Under the pieces are notes generated by a model. It was given only the letters and a program-made list of their open reading frames with translations, did not search any database and was not told the DNA's origin. Shown piece by piece: positions 30,690 through 49,766 of a stretch of 64,000 bases of DNA. The DNA comes from the human T2T-CHM13v2.0 reference genome, Homo sapiens, in the NCBI RefSeq assembly GCF_009914755.1, contig NC_060936.1. The stretch is one strand, 5' to 3'. Every line of letters starts with the position of its first letter. The stretch's first letter is position 1. Made by a program: the position numbers and the translations under genes.

Positions 30690-31480
30690 ACTCAGGAGTT
30701 TCACAATTAAGGAAGCCTCAAAACATGTGAAAAGATATGCAACCTCATAGGTGATCAGAAAATGCAAACTAAAACTGCAACCAAATACCATTTCATAACT
30801 ACCAAAATGACAGAAATTCAAAATTCAGATAACATGTATTCATACTAATGTAAGGCAATGACAACTTTCGTCCACTCCTAGTGGGAACAAAACTGACACT
30901 AGCACTTTGGAAAAAAGTTAGCATTACTTACACACACCCTACACTTCAGTGATTCCAATCCTATGTTCACAACCTAGAGAAACCCTTGAACATGTTAACC
31001 AGAAGACATGTACAAAGATGTTTTAGCAGTATTGTTTATAATTGCAAGCAATTGGGAACAATCCAAATGTCCACCGATAGTAAAATGAAAAAATAAATTG
31101 GGGTATATTCATACAAGGAAACACCACATAACAGTGAAAAGACTAAAACTACACCCGCAAGTATCACCCTGTTTGAAAAACAAAAAGCTAAATCTAAGAA
31201 GACACAGAAAAATGCATACGGTCCACTTTCATGTATATAAAATTAAAAAACAGGCTAAATTAAGCCACTTCATGACTACAAGAAGAGGAACAGAATGCAA
31301 CACAATTCAGGGTGGTTACGTCTGATACAGGAAAAGAGAATATGATCTGAGAGGTGCACGTAAGGGTTTGAGGGGTATGGTAATGCTCTATTTTACTTAG
31401 TCTGAATGCTAGTTTCCCGCATGGTTTTATTAAACTCTATATAAGTTGTATCCCCTGCTATGTACGTTACATAATCATTT
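30690..31480 (+). mobile_element. Old L1M(E) 3' fragment
   Basis: Degenerate ORF2-end and 3' UTR motifs (aaaatgcaaactaaaac, catgtacaaagatgttttagcagtattgtttataattgcaa); boundaries approximate. Confidence 0.55.
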
Positions 31481-32158
31481 AATGAGCAACAACAAAGAAA
31501 CTTTGAATACTTTCCCAATGCATCTAAATTGAGAGTTCAATGTTTTTAACACTTCCTATAAGCCTGGTTGAACAGATCCCCAGGCTATTTATGACTTCTC
31601 TATCATTCACACTGAAGAAAACGGGTAAAACCAGACTACAACGCAGGAGTTAACAATTAAAAGGTAACACAACCTAAACAGTAAGGGCTGTGTCGTCTAA
31701 TATTTTAGCATCTGACAAACAGGAATTGATAATCTTTCAAAATGTCTTTACTGACAAACTAGAGCTAAGGACATGTCGGATAGCTCCTTTCCCCATACCT
31801 CACCCCATTATCAGGGTCCACTCTTGTATATCATGACTACCTATTCCCACCTCACCCTATTCCTCATTCCGTCAGTGACTTTCAGCCACCCGCAGGCTTA
31901 CAAGGTTCTGCGTCGCCCTAGGCATTTTCTTAATACTCATCCTTTTACAAAAGACGTAATCCGCAACAGCTTCGCTTTGGGGACCCTTTAGCAAAAGCAA
32001 TGAATTAGGAACACCTGGGTGGCACCATATCGGCCAGCCGTTCCTGTGGGCCCAGCCAAAATCTTATCAGCGATTATTCAGGCACTCAACTACACAGTAC
32101 AGGCTCCAGGTGGTTTTATAAGTCCACGAGGAACGAAAGAAAAAAACATCGCAACTCA

Positions 32159-32620
<462 letters not shown>

Positions 32621-35242
32621 TACCAACCTGTCATTGATGTCATTCATTCTTTCGATAAATATTTATATGTTGGCCAAATATGCGCTAGATGTTGGGAGGA
32701 AGTACAAATATGAGAATACAATGTATATTGGGCCTCCACTGCAACAAGTGACAGGAATAGCTACTATTTATTGTGAGACTACTTTGTTTCAGTACTTTAT
32801 TTACATTATTTCTAATTTTAAAAACAGTGACAAAATTAAACTTTTCAAAGTTGTTTCTGATGGTAATCTTCCCAAGTGTTGGTATTTCTCTAAGTCAGAG
32901 GGATGGTAATTCAACATCCTGACGTTTCTGAAGTATTTCAACTAGCCTAAGATTTCTCAAAATCTCTAAACTCCTTTTCTACCCCCAACATTACATAGGG
33001 CTAAGATGTGTAGAGAGGTTCATCACTAACTACAAATAACTACACTTTTGGAAGTATAAAAGTTCTTCGACATGCCAAATATAAGATTTTTTTAAATTTT
33101 GATTTTATTGCTTGCATTTCTAAAATTTTCTGCAGCAAATAGGGAAAGTCTTTGATAGGTTAAATTCCTTGCATTAGTGAAATACACGTTTGTCTGATAA
33201 ATCCACTCTCGTGTATCTTATACAATAATTTAGGTTTTCATATATGAGATCCAGGTATGAAACAGATTGTTACATATGGACAGAAGAACCCACGACAGAG
33301 GGGTTTTTTGTTTTTATCCTGTGAGTTTTATAAATGACAGGGATTTTATCTCTGTTCTTTTAATTTCCTCAAAAAATGATAAATTCCTAAAATAGAACAG
33401 ATAGCAGCAGGTGAAAGTTATAAAGTGAGGAGTACACCTCATGAAGCAGGTTTTTATCATTCTTATTTTAAGTAACTCAATCACTAATAAGTGGAAGGCC
33501 CGTCTTCAAGTTCAGGCAGTTTGACCTAGCAGCTTCAGGGGGCTACTATTCATTAGGAGCTTCAAATGTGTTAGAGGGCTGATAGGGATTAAGGGGAGGG
33601 AATAGTCTAGAAATAATATTTGTGTTAAAGCCCTTTATTTTATAGCAAAATTTTCTACATAGGCTTTTCTTCCCATTTACGTGTATATTTTTAATCTTAG
33701 TATTGCTATTATTTGAGGAATATTGAGAATATGATGGAGATGGGAAAACGAAAACCCACCCATCCTTTTCTTGGCACTATTGAGTCTGTTTGTAAAACCC
33801 AACCTTTTAATTACCATACTATGCAGAGCCCACAGTTCACCTGTCCCTTTTTGAAATTTTTACATCTTTTTCCAAATCATTACTGAAAGGGGTGTAAAAA
33901 CATGGATAATAATTGAGTTCTAAGATTCTCTAACGTCCTCAAGACCTCCTATTATAGATGACACCACACTAAAACTGTCTGCTTTCCAAAGGAAAAGATT
34001 CATCAGGCTCCTACAATAAGTTATTTCAGTATTAAGTGATTCTTTCCCTTCCCTAACTCAAAAGCCCTCATGTTGTCCACCAACTGAATATACAATATAA
34101 AAACAATATATGATTGGAAGTTAAGTGAATTTTTTTAAGTCTGTTACTTGCCTTCCAGAACCCATAATCTAACACAAGTTATATCACAGGAATAGGGAGT
34201 TATCTTACATATAGGATATAAAAGCTTTTACTAAAAAATGAATCCTGCAACAAAAATCACAAATTAATTTAAAAATATTAATTATAATGACTATTAATCA
34301 TATACTGAAGGGTATATATAATTATACAGTACTTTTTCCTCTGTGATAATATGAGATAAAATATAGCAAGATACTAATTTGATGCTAGTAGTTATAAGAA
34401 GTAATGTATAAAAATTAAATGAATAGAAAATTGCATGAGACTGAGAGGCTGAAGCTTTTCCTTAGTACACATACATTTTTTTTTCAGTTTTAAAACAGAC
34501 TCTGATGCTTAAATATTGTTACTCATTAACTGAATTTTCATATTTTGGCTTGACAAGCAGGAATAGCACATATATATATACTTACTAAAAATTAAAATTG
34601 ACAGTCAAATTGAATGAGAACAACGTTTCAACAATTTGCTTAGACTATGTTTTAAGCAATTTTGAAGAAAAATTTTAAAATAAACGTGGTATGGAATAAA
34701 CAAATTCCGAAATTAATTCGACTAGTTCTTCTAAGAATTAAACATTGTAACCAATATTACATATGAGTAGTTTAAACTTTTAAAACCTCTTAACAATAGT
34801 TTCCACATGTGGGAACTATTTGCTCTAGATTCCTTACTTTGGAAAAGAGCAGATCTAATTTCAACATCTTCCAAAAATTCATTAGAATTGAAAGAACAAT
34901 TTGATTTTAAATAAATATTGAATAATGACTAAAAATTATAAATATTTATTGAATACATATTGAAAATAAATATTGAAAAATCTCCTAAAATCACCTTAGA
35001 AGACTATAAACTCAAAAGTGATTATCAAAATGACAGTGTCCAAATTTTCATCTCAATTTCAATGATTCACTGATTATAAAGTATTCAAAATAATAATTTA
35101 AAATTTAAAATGATGAGAAATAGGGTAAAAAAATAAAGGATATAAAAGAGGGCAAAATATTCGCAAAACATTTAATGGGTTGATTACAATAATATTCAAG
35201 GCGATAAAAAGATGTAAGCAATTCAATCGAAAAATGAGGAAA

Positions 35243-35992
<750 letters not shown>

Positions 35993-37389
35993 ACAATTTA
36001 TAGTAGAGCTAATCCAAATGACTGACGAACATATGATGTTCAACCTCACTACTGTCAACAAAGTATACAGACTTAACAATGAAATATCACTTCTCACCCA
36101 CCAGATTGAAAAAAAAGAAAAGAAATAAAAAACATACATTTAAAAAAAATACTGCTAGAGGAAAGAATAGTCTCATACATGGCTAGTGCAAATGTAAACT
36201 GTTACTGCCTTTTTGCAGAGCAATTTAGCAATATAAAATACACACATATGGTTCTGCAGTAATTCCACACCAGATAAACTATTGAATAGAAATAAAGGAC
36301 CATTCAATTAGAATGTTTCTACAATAGTGTTGATTACTACCTTCTATAAAAGTAGTTTAGTGAAATATACTTTGGAGCCATACTGACTAGTTTGCCACCT
36401 ATTGGCTATATAGCCTGGGGCGTTTCTTACCTACTCCTGCTCAGTTTTCTAAAATGGGGAGAATAACCTAACCCCTCAGTAGCTTAATACATGTAAAGCG
36501 CAAAAAAAAAAAAAAAAAAAAAACTTAGCACATGATAAACACTTAATAGGTGTTAGCTATTATTGTTTATACTGGCAAAAAGTAAAAGCATTTAAACTAT
36601 CAATTAGGGATCTAGTTAAATAAATTGATATTACTTTCATAACCATGGGCTATTATACAACCATTTATAAGAATTAAATCTATATGAAAAAATACATAGA
36701 ATATTGAGCAATAAAAGCCAGATATGTAATATAAACATACACATACACACACGTATATATAATATGATCTCATTTTTCTAAGGCAAACCATTCATTTATT
36801 CAACAAATATTTACTGAGCATCTATGACATTCAAGACACTGTTCTAAATACTTGGTTATATTCTATGTGCTGAATATAATATATGAATACATGAGTTTGT
36901 ATGTGATTGTACAATAAAAAAATTGGGACAGATACACATTAAGATTTTAAGACTGGCTAACTTAGAGATGAAGATGATTAGAAAAGAAGATGAAACTAGG
37001 CAAAAAGACAGAAGAAGATGTCCATGATAAAATAGCATGTATAAAATGATACTATTTACATACAACTGTATGTGTGTGTGTGTGTGTGTTTGTGTGTTTC
37101 TGTATGAAAAGATGGTCATCTAAATGTTGACTATGTTACCTCTCAGTATAGAGACATTTCAAAGTATGGCAATTAAATGGCAATACAGTTGTAAATCAAT
37201 CACAATATACATCATTTTTCTTTAACATCCTTGGAAATCTGAACATAAATATGTAAATAAATAAACAAATAGAATATGTACTTAAATGACACTAAAAGGG
37301 GAAAGAAAAATGGACATCTCTAAAGGGTTTCTTGGCACAAATCTAGAATCTAGATTGGAAAGCCCTTGGGTCACAGCCACAGGCAGGCC

Positions 37390-37668
37390 TTTCTTTTTCT
37401 TTTGGAGACAGAGTCTCGCTCTGTTGCCAATGCTGGAGGGCAGTGGTGCCATCTCAGCTCACTGCAAACTCTACCTCCTGGGTTCAAGCAATTCTCCTGC
37501 CTCACCCTCCCAAGTAGCTGGACTACAGGCGCCTGCCACCATGCCCGGCTAATTTTTGCATTTTTAGTAGAGATGGGGTTTTGCCATGTTGGCCAGGCTG
37601 GTCTTGAACTCCTGAACTGAGATGATCCACCCACCTCAGCTTTCTAAAGTGCTGGGATTATAGGCATG
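37390..37668 (-). mobile_element. AluS
   Basis: Antisense Alu dimer. Confidence 0.88.
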
Positions 37669-38326
37669 CCCTTTTTGATTGTGACTTCTCTCCTCTTTAG
37701 CCTCTTAAGCAATCTAGACCCACATGCAGCCACAATCATCTTCCTGTGAGAAATCTGCTCTACTTGTTCTTACCCTGCTTATTCATTTTCCCAGGGAAAG
37801 CACAGATTGTCCTCACAACAACTCTCCTTTGGAATTAAAGACCTTAATTCTCACGGTAACCAGAGGGTAGAGGGGAAAGAAAGAGTAAGGATGAGATTTA
37901 ACAATGTCTTTGGAGAGTGTATTATCTCTTATTAAAGCAAACAGGAAAATGGCAAATAAATGTGGTTTATTTTTATTTAACATTTCTACACTGATTTATC
38001 AGAGATAAAAATTAATTTTGCACAGTAATCTACTTTCTTGCTAACTTTATTTTCTTTTTTAATAATCTAGATAGGATTTCTCAAGTACATAACGTTGACA
38101 CATTTTTATTTTCTTTTTTTATTATACTTTAAGTTTCAGGGTACATGTGTACAATGTGCAGGTTTGTTGCATATGTATACATGTACCATGTTGGTGTGCT
38201 GCACCCATTAACTCGTCATTTAAACATTAGGTATCTCTCCTAATGCTATCCCTCCCCCCTTCCCCCACCCCACAACAGGCCCTGATGTGTCATGTTCTCC
38301 TTCCTGTGTCCATGTGTTCTCATTGT

Positions 38327-42153
<3,827 letters not shown>

Positions 42154-42216
42154 TATGATGTTAGCTGGGTATTTTGCTTGTTAGTTGATGCAGCTTCTTC
42201 CTAGCCTTGATGGTCT

Positions 42217-43232
42217 TTACAATTTGGCATGTTTTTGCAGTGGCTGGTACCAGTTGTTCCTTTCCATGTTTAGTGCTTCCTTCAGGAGCTCTTTTAAGGC
42301 AGGCCTGCTGGTGACAAAATCTCTCAGCATTTGCTTGTCTGTAAAGGATTTTATTTCTCCTTCACTTATGAAGCTTAGTTTGGCTGGATATGAAATTCTG
42401 GGTTGAAAACTCTTTTCTTTAAGAATGTTGAATATTGGCCCCCACTCTCTTCTGGCTTGTAGAGTTTCTTCTGAGAGATCAGCTGTTAGTCTGATGGGCT
42501 TCCCTTTGTGGGTAACCGTACCTTTCTCTCTGGCTGCCCTTAACATTTTTTCCTTCATTTCAACTTTGGTGAATCTGACAATTATGTGTCTTGGAGTTGC
42601 TCTTCTTGAGGAGTATCTTTGTGGCATTCTCTGTATTTCCTGAATCTGAATGTTGGCCTGCCTTGCTAGATTGGGGAAGTTCTCCTGGAAAATATCCTGC
42701 AGAGTGTTTTCCAACTTGGTTCCATTCTCCCCGTCACTTTCAGGCACACCAATCAGACGTAGATTTGGTCTTTTCACATGGTCCCATATTTCTTGGAGGC
42801 TTTGTTCATTTCTTTTTATTATTTTTTCTCTAAACTTCTCTTCTCACTTCATTTCATTCATTTGATCATCCATCACTGATACCCTTTCTTCCAGTTGATC
42901 GAATCGGCTACTGAGGCTTGTGCATTCATCACATAGCTCTCATGCCGTGGTTTTCCACTCCATCAGGTCCTTTAAGGACTTCTCTGCATTGGTTATTCTA
43001 GTTAGCCATTCGTCTAATCTTTTTTCAAGGTTTTTAACTTCTTTGCCATGGGTTCAAACTTCCTCCTTTAGCTCAGAGAAGTTTGACCATCTGAAGCCTT
43101 CTTCTCTCAACTTGTCAAAGTCATTCTCCGTCCTGCTTTGTTCCATTGCTGGTGAGGAGCTGCATTCCTTTGGAGGAGGAGACACACTCTGATTTTTAGA
43201 ATTTTCAGTTTTTCTGCTCTGTTTTTTCCCAT
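42217..43232 (-). pseudogene. L1 ORF1, disrupted
   Basis: ATG GGA AAA AAC at 43232; only the C-terminal piece (KRPNLRLIGVPE...QKHAKL) is open. Confidence 0.9.
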
Positions 43233-44274
43233 CTTTGCAGTTTTATCTACCTTTTGTCTTTGATCATGGTGACATACAGATGGGGTTTTGGTGTGGATGT
43301 CCTTTCTGTTTGTTAGTTTTCCTTCTAACAGTCAGGACCCTCAGCTGCAGGTCTGTTGGAGTTTGCTGGAGGTGCACTCCAGACCCTGTTTGCCTGGGTA
43401 TCAGCAGCGGATGCTGCAGAACAGTGAATATTGGTGAACAGCAAATGTTGCTGCCTGATCGTTCCTCTAGAAGTTTTGTCTCAGAGGAGTACCCAGCCGT
43501 GTGGGGTGTCAGTCTGCTCCCACTGGGGGGTGCTTCCCAGTTAGGCTACTCGGGGGTCAGTGACCCACTTGAGGAGGCAGTCTGTCTGATCTCAGATCTC
43601 CAGCTGCGTGCTGGGAGAACCACTACTCTCTTCAAAGCTGTCAGACAGGGACATTTAAGTCTGCAGAGGTTTCTGCTGCCTTTTGTTTGGCTATGCCCCG
43701 TCCCCAGAGGTGGAGTCTACAGAGGCAGGCAGGCCTCCTTGAGCTGAGGTGGGATCCACCCAGTTCGAGCTTCCTGGCTGCTTTGTTTACCTATTCAAGC
43801 CTCAGCAATGGCGGGCACCCCTCCCCCAGCCTTGCTGCCACCTTGCAGTTTGATTCCAGACTGCTGTGCTAGCAATGAGTGAGGCTCTGTGGGCGTAGGA
43901 CCCTCCAAGCCAGACTCGGGATCTAATCTCCTGGTGTGCCGTCTGCTAAGACTGTCGGAAAAGCGCAGTATTAGGGTGGGAGTGACCCAATTTTCCAGGT
44001 GCCGTCCGTCACCCCTTTCTTTGGCTAGGAAAAGGAATTCCCTGACCCCTTGCACTTCCTGGGTGAAGCAATGCCTCGCCCTGCTTCAGCTCATGCTCGG
44101 TGCGCTGCACCCACTGTCCTGCACCCACTGTCTGACAATCCCCCATGAGATGAACCTGGTACCTCAGTTGGAAATGCAGAAATCATTCGTCTTCTGCATC
44201 GCTCACGCTGGGATCTGTAGACTGGAGCTGTTCCCAATCGGCCATCTTGGCTATACTCCCTATTTTCTTTTTTT

Positions 44275-44649
44275 TAAATCTTATTTTAGGTTCAGGGATA
44301 CATATGCTGACTTGTTATATAGATAAACTCCTGTCACGGGGGTTTGTTGTACAGATTATTTCATCACCCAGATACTAAACCTAGTACCCAATATAGTTAT
44401 TTTTGCTGCTTCTCTCCTCCCACCCTCCACCCTCGAGTAGGCCCCAGTGTCTGTTGTTCCCTTCTTTATATGAGTTCTCATTATTTAGCTCCCACTTACA
44501 AGTGAGAACATGCAGTATTTGTTTTTCTGTTGCTGTGTTAGTTTGCTAATGCAGGAACAGAAAACAGATGGAGCTGGAGGATGGAGCCTCCAGCTCCATC
44601 CATGTTCCCTCAAAATTCGTAATCTCATTCTTTTTTATGGTTGCATAGC
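44275..44649 (-). mobile_element. Older L1PA15/16-like 3' fragment that hosts the full-length L1
   Basis: L1 3' UTR motifs (tgtacagattatttcatcacccag, ttagctcccacttacaagtgagaacatgc); 16-bp TSD cacatttttattttct at 38099-38114 and 44650-44665. Confidence 0.85.
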
Positions 44650-47319
44650 CACATTTTTATTTTCTAACATACATTAGCTGCTTTTCATTCCAGTCAACTT
44701 CATGGAAAAGTTTAAAATTCTAAATCAGTATATCTAACAACTCAATAACAGTAATGATACCTGTGGCTGTAAAAGTAAGCCCTCTTCTAACTCCAAGTGA
44801 TTTCATGATGAAATAGGTATCTAGTCAAGCACACACAAAAAATGTACCCTAGCTGTAAACTAATTATACATTATCAGTCATAAAATTATTATATTATTAA
44901 CCTATCTTTAGAAAAATAAAGTGTTGATAAAAGTGAATTGTTCTGCATGTAACCCAAGAACCCTGGGAATCTAGGACAGAGACAAGATTTACGAAACATA
45001 TTCAGCAAGTCTTGAAATGCTTTCTGCTGTGCAGCAGGATGTTTCATGTAGTTGGTGCCTGGGTGAAACATCTTTGCAGGATACCCACCTCTTTCTCCAA
45101 GGCCACACTTCGCAAATTCTGTGGAGAATAAGGTATAATGTACTGTTTTGACTCTAACCAGACATTTAATCTTAGATAAGACTTAACCAACTGGTTTCTT
45201 TTATTGTAAAATGAGAGAGTTGGGTTAGATTACTGTTTTTCAAACTTTAACCAGCCTCAGAATCACATGGAGGGGTGGCCCCACTCTCACTTTATAGTAG
45301 TATAGTAGGCCCTGAGAATTTGCAGCCCCCCAACAAGAAAGAATTATTGAACCCAAAATATCAATAGTGCCAAGGATAAGACGCTCTGGCCTAAAGGTAT
45401 TCTGAGTTGCTGTTATTCTACTTTAAAGGGCCAGTAAGTGCCTAACCAAGCATGCCATGAAAGCAGAGTTATTTCCCCCACCTTTTTTTTTTTTTTTTAA
45501 ATTTAACCTACCTAGGGCAGTATTAGTTTGGTACCAAAGCCAAAGATTCCAGATGGCTGTTCATTATGATGCTGGGCTCCTCTGTGGACAGGTCTCCATT
45601 TTCCTCAACCATATCATTGTGGAATTCTGTTGCCTCATGACCTGAAAAAACACTGGGATTTGTACATACAGTGGACCCTTTGGGTTGAAAGACACTCATT
45701 ACGGCTTGAATATTAGTCTCTTCAGGCCCCAAGCCAATAAAACATTCATATTTTCATTGGGAATCTAGCCTCTCCTATAATTTACATGCAATCTTCCCTC
45801 TTTCTCTTTGTGATTGTTCTCATTGATAAGGACCAGCTTTGATATAATTTTCAGTTTGAACGTTCTTCCCCCTAAAGGAAGCTGGAATACATTCCATGGT
45901 ATTAGGTTCCACCATAGCAACGGAAGGCTTTTTATTGCATGCATGAATATTCAGGATTTAATCAGTGGCATGTGAAATGTATTGATACTACTGAGAATTA
46001 TTTTATGCTAATAGAAAAAGCAAACGACAGTCTTTTATTTGTAAACATAACACTGAAAGAACACTTGAACTTTTCTGGAAAGCAAATCTTTAGTCATTTG
46101 TTGAAGCTATATGCCTTTCCCATCCTTTAGATGGCAGTAACTGCAGATGGCCCATAATAAAATGAACTTTTTAAGTGAAATATTTTAAACATTTAATACA
46201 TTTATATTTTTAAAAATGATTTCATGATGTTAATAAGATGGTGGCATTGCTACTTCATAATTTCAAATTCTCTAATTAAAAAGTCTAGCTACCTGACACT
46301 GGGAGGTGTGTAAATGCAGGCTTTAACATAATACTTTTTATCATCCAACAGTGATTTTAACCTCTTTTTGTTTACCATTCCCTTTACTATGTGATGAAAT
46401 ACAGACTCTTTCCCCAGAAGAGCACATGTTTGCATAGACATAATAGCACTCTTCCATAGAATCCCTAGAGGATCAGGCTACCAGTTTAGGGGGCCTTGCC
46501 TTAAAGCAACATGAGAGGAGTGTCTCAGAAGCCTGAATCTGATCTTATAAGCACTAGAGTGTCCTGCTCTTAGAGTTGCCCAGGGGAGGCAGAGGGGATG
46601 GAAGCACTCTTTACCTTTAATAAATAAGCATATGCCTTCTTCTACAATTATGATTTCAGTATGATTAAATAGTTGCATAGAACTATACTTCTCAAGACTC
46701 CTTTGACGGAAAGTCATAGAAACTCAAAGTAACTTATGTAAAAAAGAGGATTTATAGTCCCATAACCTGGATACTGCATCTAGGAACTCAACAGTGTCAT
46801 CAAGACAGTAATGCCCTCCCTCAATCACTGACATGTTCTCTCTCTCTTTCTCTCTGTCCCCCTTCTGTGTCTATCAGCAATTCTAGGATGTACATTCTTA
46901 ACAGAAGAAGAGCTTCTTTTTCTGAAGAGTTATATCAAAAGTCCCAGGTGACCACTTATGTTTAGTTTTATCAGTATTTATCAGTTCCATGCATATTTTT
47001 GTTTTTATGGCTACTACACACACACAAACACACACATACAATCTTTAAACAAGATAAAGTAGGCTTTTCATATTTTATATGACACATTGTACATTATACT
47101 TAATAAACATGTATGTAATTATTATATAACTATTTTATATTAGTTACATTCATATAATGTATAGGTATATTATATATATACAAAATTATATATATAATGT
47201 GCATGTACTTATGAAACTTGCTTTTTATGTGGAATATATTGTTTTTAGATATATTCATCTCGAATCCATGTAATGCTAGTTCATTCTACCACAGTAAATA
47301 ACTTCTGAAATTTGTTTAT

Positions 47320-47683
47320 AAAAGACATTGTGCCTTCCATCTTTGTTGCATTCTCTCTCTAGCTCTTTCTCTCTCTCTGTCTCTCTGGGATCACTCATTC
47401 TGGGGAAAGCCAGCTGTCGTGTTGTGAGCAGCCCTGTGGAGAGGTCCCTGTGGTAAGGAACTGAAACCTGTCAACAGCCACATGAGAGAACTTGGAGGCA
47501 GCTCATGTAGTTTAGTCAAGCTGTCTGATGGCTGCAGCCCGACCTAATTGCAGCCTCCTGGGAGACCTTGAGCTGCAAGCTCCCAGCTGAGCTGCTCACA
47601 AATTCCTGACCCTCAGACACTGTGTAAATGTTTAAGTTGCTAATTTGGGGGATAATTTTTACACAGACAAACATAACTAACAC
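47320..47683 (+). mobile_element. MLT1 (MaLR) LTR, MLT1F-like
   Basis: ggggaaagccagctg...agcagccctgtggagagg...caaattcctgaccctcaga...ataactaacaca. Confidence 0.7.
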
Positions 47684-47780
47684 AATATTGAAGCAAATCT
47701 AAGAATTTATCAATATATCAGGTTTTGGTGGGGATACAGACATGAAATTTTTTCTCAGTAGAAATAGTTTTCCCTGGTTC

Positions 47781-47798
47781 TTGCCACTAGAGGGCAAA
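47781..47798 (+). promoter_or_regulatory. Candidate CTCF site
   Basis: TTGCCACTAGAGGGCAAA matches the CTCF core CCACTAGAGGGC. Confidence 0.65.
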
Positions 47799-47999
47799 TG
47801 GTCACAAATAATGGCTTTTTCTATTTCCATACAACTCAGATGTCCGATGCAAACATTCTTAGAGACCATCTGCTCTGTTGCCTTACAGATGAGTATACAA
47901 ATGCCCACAGACATTAACTTACTTGTTCAAGTTCACACAGGCTAGATCTTAACGTAAAAACTCAGCTGCAGTTAATAACATACAAACCAGCTATTTTTA

Positions 48000-48280
48000 A
48001 ATTTTTTTAAATTTTTGTGATATACACCTGTACACCATACATCTATGTATATATATATATACACCTATGTGTATACATCTATACATAGGTTTATATATTT
48101 ATGGGGTACATGAGATGTTTTGATACAGGCATGCAATATGAAATAAGCACATCATGGAGAATGGGGTATCCATTCCCTCAGGCATTTATCCTTTGAGTTC
48201 CAAACAATCCAATTACACTATTTAAGTTGTTTTAAAATGTACAGTTAAGTTATTATTGACTATAGTCACCCTATTGTGCC
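48000..48280 (-). mobile_element. L1MA 3'-end fragment
   Basis: tatatttatggggtacatgagatgttttgatacaggcatgcaat...ttattgactatagtcaccctattgtgc. Confidence 0.75.
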
Positions 48281-48760
48281 AATCAGTTAACTATTAATTA
48301 ATGCTGCTATTTCTGAAAGTCACTAGGTACAAATAAAGAAGGCTTTATCTTTTTTATTTCAATTAGCATGTTAAAATTCCTAAGATCACAAAATTTATGA
48401 TAACAACCATTGCCATTTATTGGGTACCTATTATGAACAACTTATTATACACATGTGCTACATGTCTTTTCATTTAATCTATCTAATGAAGCTTTGAAAC
48501 TTACGCCTATCAATGCATGAGGGTCAGTGTCTTGTCCAAGGACACGTAGCTAGAAAGAAGGAAAACAAATTTGATTCTGATAGACGTTAAATCTCTTTGC
48601 AATATTTTTCTTAGGGCACAGCTCATAGCCTCTGATTATACCAGAAGTTTGTTGCTTCTGGAAACTTTTAGTATGTTGAGACATTTAAATGATTGCCATA
48701 TAACATTGGAACAGAAAAGAAAAAAATTGATGACTCTCCTTCCCTTTTTCCCAGAAAAAT

Positions 48761-48807
<47 letters not shown>

Positions 48808-49278
48808 TATTGCCTCTTTCCTTCATTCTAGCAGACCAGCTTTGTGATACTGGTTAACCTTCCTAGAGCTTCATTTTGTTGCACCTTCTTCATTTCTAAA
48901 ATAAGAATACACCTACCTCTTTTAAGCTCTCAGCAGGGATGCTGTGATGATTAATGAAAAAGTCTTCATGAATCTCATTTGATTTTGCAGAAGACAGAAG
49001 TTTAATAAAGCTGAAGAATCATTATAATGGTAATTAGTCATATTTTAGGACAGATGGGCAAGTGTCTGGCAGTGGTGGCTTAGCTGGAGCTGTTGCCACA
49101 CCAAAGCAATAAAGTAATGTCAATATGTCAGCCACATCAAGTCAGACGCAAAGAGGGTGCAATAGCAGCCTACTTCACACACTGCTTTGTTCATCATCTC
49201 TGCTTGGCACAGACTGGGACAGAGTTACAGCATTTCTAAGACAGACAGGCAGGCAGTTCGAGAAGAGCCACCTCATTA

Positions 49279-49766
49279 TTGTGGCATATAATCTCCAAAG
49301 ATAGCCACCACTGATAGCTTCCTTCCTTGTTGATATGCATGTTACTCCTCACACTAAGAGAGTGAGGAGCCCCTTGAATCTGGCCTGGCCCTGTGACTTG
49401 TTTAGATCGAGAGAATACTGTGGCTATGACTCTGCTAATTCTAGGTCCAGCCTTTAGAAAGACTGGCAGCTTCTGCTTCCTCTATCTTGGAAGAATGATG
49501 CAGGATAAGAAGTTCAAATACCCTGAGCCCATCTCACTATGAGAAAGCCCAAGCTAGCCATGTGGAAAGAGGGACAGAAACAGGCCTGACCAGCTCTCGG
49601 ATATTCCAGTCATCCCAACTGAGGTTCTGAATGTGAGTGAAGAAGCAATCTTAGACATTTCAGCTTCAGTAGATACCATGTGGAGCAAAAGAACTGTTCA
49701 GTCCAGATTGTTTTTAAGCCATTGTGTGCTGGCATGTTTCTTATATAGCAATAGATATTTGAGACA
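49279..49766 (+). mobile_element. MLT1G/H-like MaLR LTR
   Basis: ctccaaagatagccacc...ccccttgaatctggcctggccctgtgacttg...tatagcaatagata. Confidence 0.65.

Noticed and set aside
43235-43747. 170-aa + strand ORF
   Set aside because: Antisense reading of the L1 5' UTR with a TTG start; not ORF0
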